Both the position numbers and the translations under genes were made by a program. Below, one piece after another: positions 63,188 to 64,000 of a DNA stretch of 64,000 bases (position 1 is its first letter; every line of letters begins with the position of its first letter). The DNA comes from a virus (taxonomy: Duplodnaviria; Caudoviricetes). The stretch spans positions 1 to 64,000 of the IMG/VR virus record IMGVR_UViG_3300020441_000003. One strand, given 5' to 3'. The notes under the pieces are model-generated. The model made no database searches and had not been told where the DNA came from. It worked only from the letters and a program-made list of their open reading frames with translations.

Positions 63188-64000
63188 TTAAATTTTTAGT
63201 ATTGATACACTTTGAGTAGATAAAAGTGCTGAACTAAGAACAACATTGCCACTTGCAATGGTGTAATCTGTTCCTAATGATAATTCTGAACCGTCTCTAA
63301 ACACTTTTAATGTGCCTGATGCACTTGGTATACTAAACGAAGTAGTAGTTCCGTCTCCGTTTTTAAAGTTTACTTCATCATCTACAAATTTCTGTTGTTC
63401 TGATGTATCTAAGAGACGAGATGATGTAGATTTGTTTTCGTTCTTTACAGACATAACACCTGCAACACCAGCAATAGCAGGTATTGTGAATGGCATGCCT
63501 ATTAGTTTTAAGAAGTCACACCATGTTAAACTTAACAAATCAAATATTGCACCTAATCCTATTGCATTGAAAAACTTTTTAACTATATTGACCCACTCCA
63601 TCATAATTTTCTTATGCCAATTTAGTTTGAAGTCTTGAAACTCTAATGAAATTTCTGCAATCTTTTCTTCTATAGATTCAGTAAACGATTCAATCTTACC
63701 ACCTATAATTGCAGTTATATCAAAACCAAAAATTTGTATTTCTTCAATTAAACTTAAAACTCCTTCGTTAAATTCTCTAACTTCTTTTAGAAGATCATCT
63801 TCTAATGCTTTTTTCTCTGCATTTTTCTTTTCTAATTCTTCCAATAACTTTGTTCTTTCTTCTTCACTTAAATTTTCGTTTTCTAATTTTTTGTTAATCT
63901 CTTCTATCTCTTTTTTAACGGTATTAATTTGTTTGATTTTACCTAACTTTGTTTGTTTAAACTTTTCTTTTAGACTATCTATCTTTGCTCTTATCAATGC
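63188..64000 (-). CDS. 3' part of a coiled-coil protein that starts beyond the window
   Basis: Open frame to the window edge; E/K-rich heptads; C-terminal GDGTTTSF...VFRDG...DYTI module. Confidence 0.7.
   Translation of the reverse strand, partial: ALIRAKIDSLKEKFKQTKLGKIKQINTVKKEIEEINKKLENENLSEEERTKLLEELEKKNAEKKALEDDLLKEVREFNEGVLSLIEEIQIFGFDITAIIGGKIESFTESIEEKIAEISLEFQDFKLNWHKKIMMEWVNIVKKFFNAIGLGAIFDLLSLTWCDFLKLIGMPFTIPAIAGVAGVMSVKNENKSTSSRLLDTSEQQKFVDDEVNFKNGDGTTTSFSIPSASGTLKVFRDGSELSLGTDYTIASGNVVLSSALLSTQSVSILKI

Noticed and set aside
140-63638. Plus-strand ORFs of 60-180 aa (e.g. 17458-17868, 38479-38955, 41749-42183, 57222-57770)
   Set aside because: All are antisense to well-supported minus-strand genes and show mirror-codon composition.
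1-64000. tRNA or rRNA genes and stop-codon reassignment
   Set aside because: No cloverleaf or rRNA-like sequence in the short intergenic gaps; core genes are intact under the standard code and use all three stops.

Overview
A 64-kb segment of a low-GC T4-like myovirus; gene content resembles marine T4-like phages of heterotrophic bacteria (host not determined). Essentially all real genes are on the minus strand. By coordinate it holds: replication and recombination genes (regA, gp62, gp44, gp45, gp46, gp47, gp55, uvsW, uvsY); an early MoxR-AAA/VWA cassette; auxiliary genes (peptide deformylase, acyl carrier protein, four 2OG-Fe(II) oxygenases, a glycosyltransferase fusion); the head, tail and neck core (gp3, gp23-gp13); a large fibre region (34-48 kb); and baseplate genes (VrlC-like, gp8, gp7-like, gp6, gp25). 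The most striking feature is two adjacent gene pairs (35604-37436 with 34392-35600; 44435-46012 with 43658-44431) encoding Pro-punctuated repeat proteins. In each pair the second protein is a unit-by-unit mirror image of the first. Read backwards, its Pro spacing matches over 376 and 200 residues, Q-x-P lies opposite R-x-P, and xIR[DSN]x lies opposite xTY[QN]H. This suggests a sequence-coded antiparallel heterodimeric protein zipper, tipped by a Hint autoprocessing domain in one pair and a globular domain in the other. All family assignments are from motif recognition and synteny; no database search was run.
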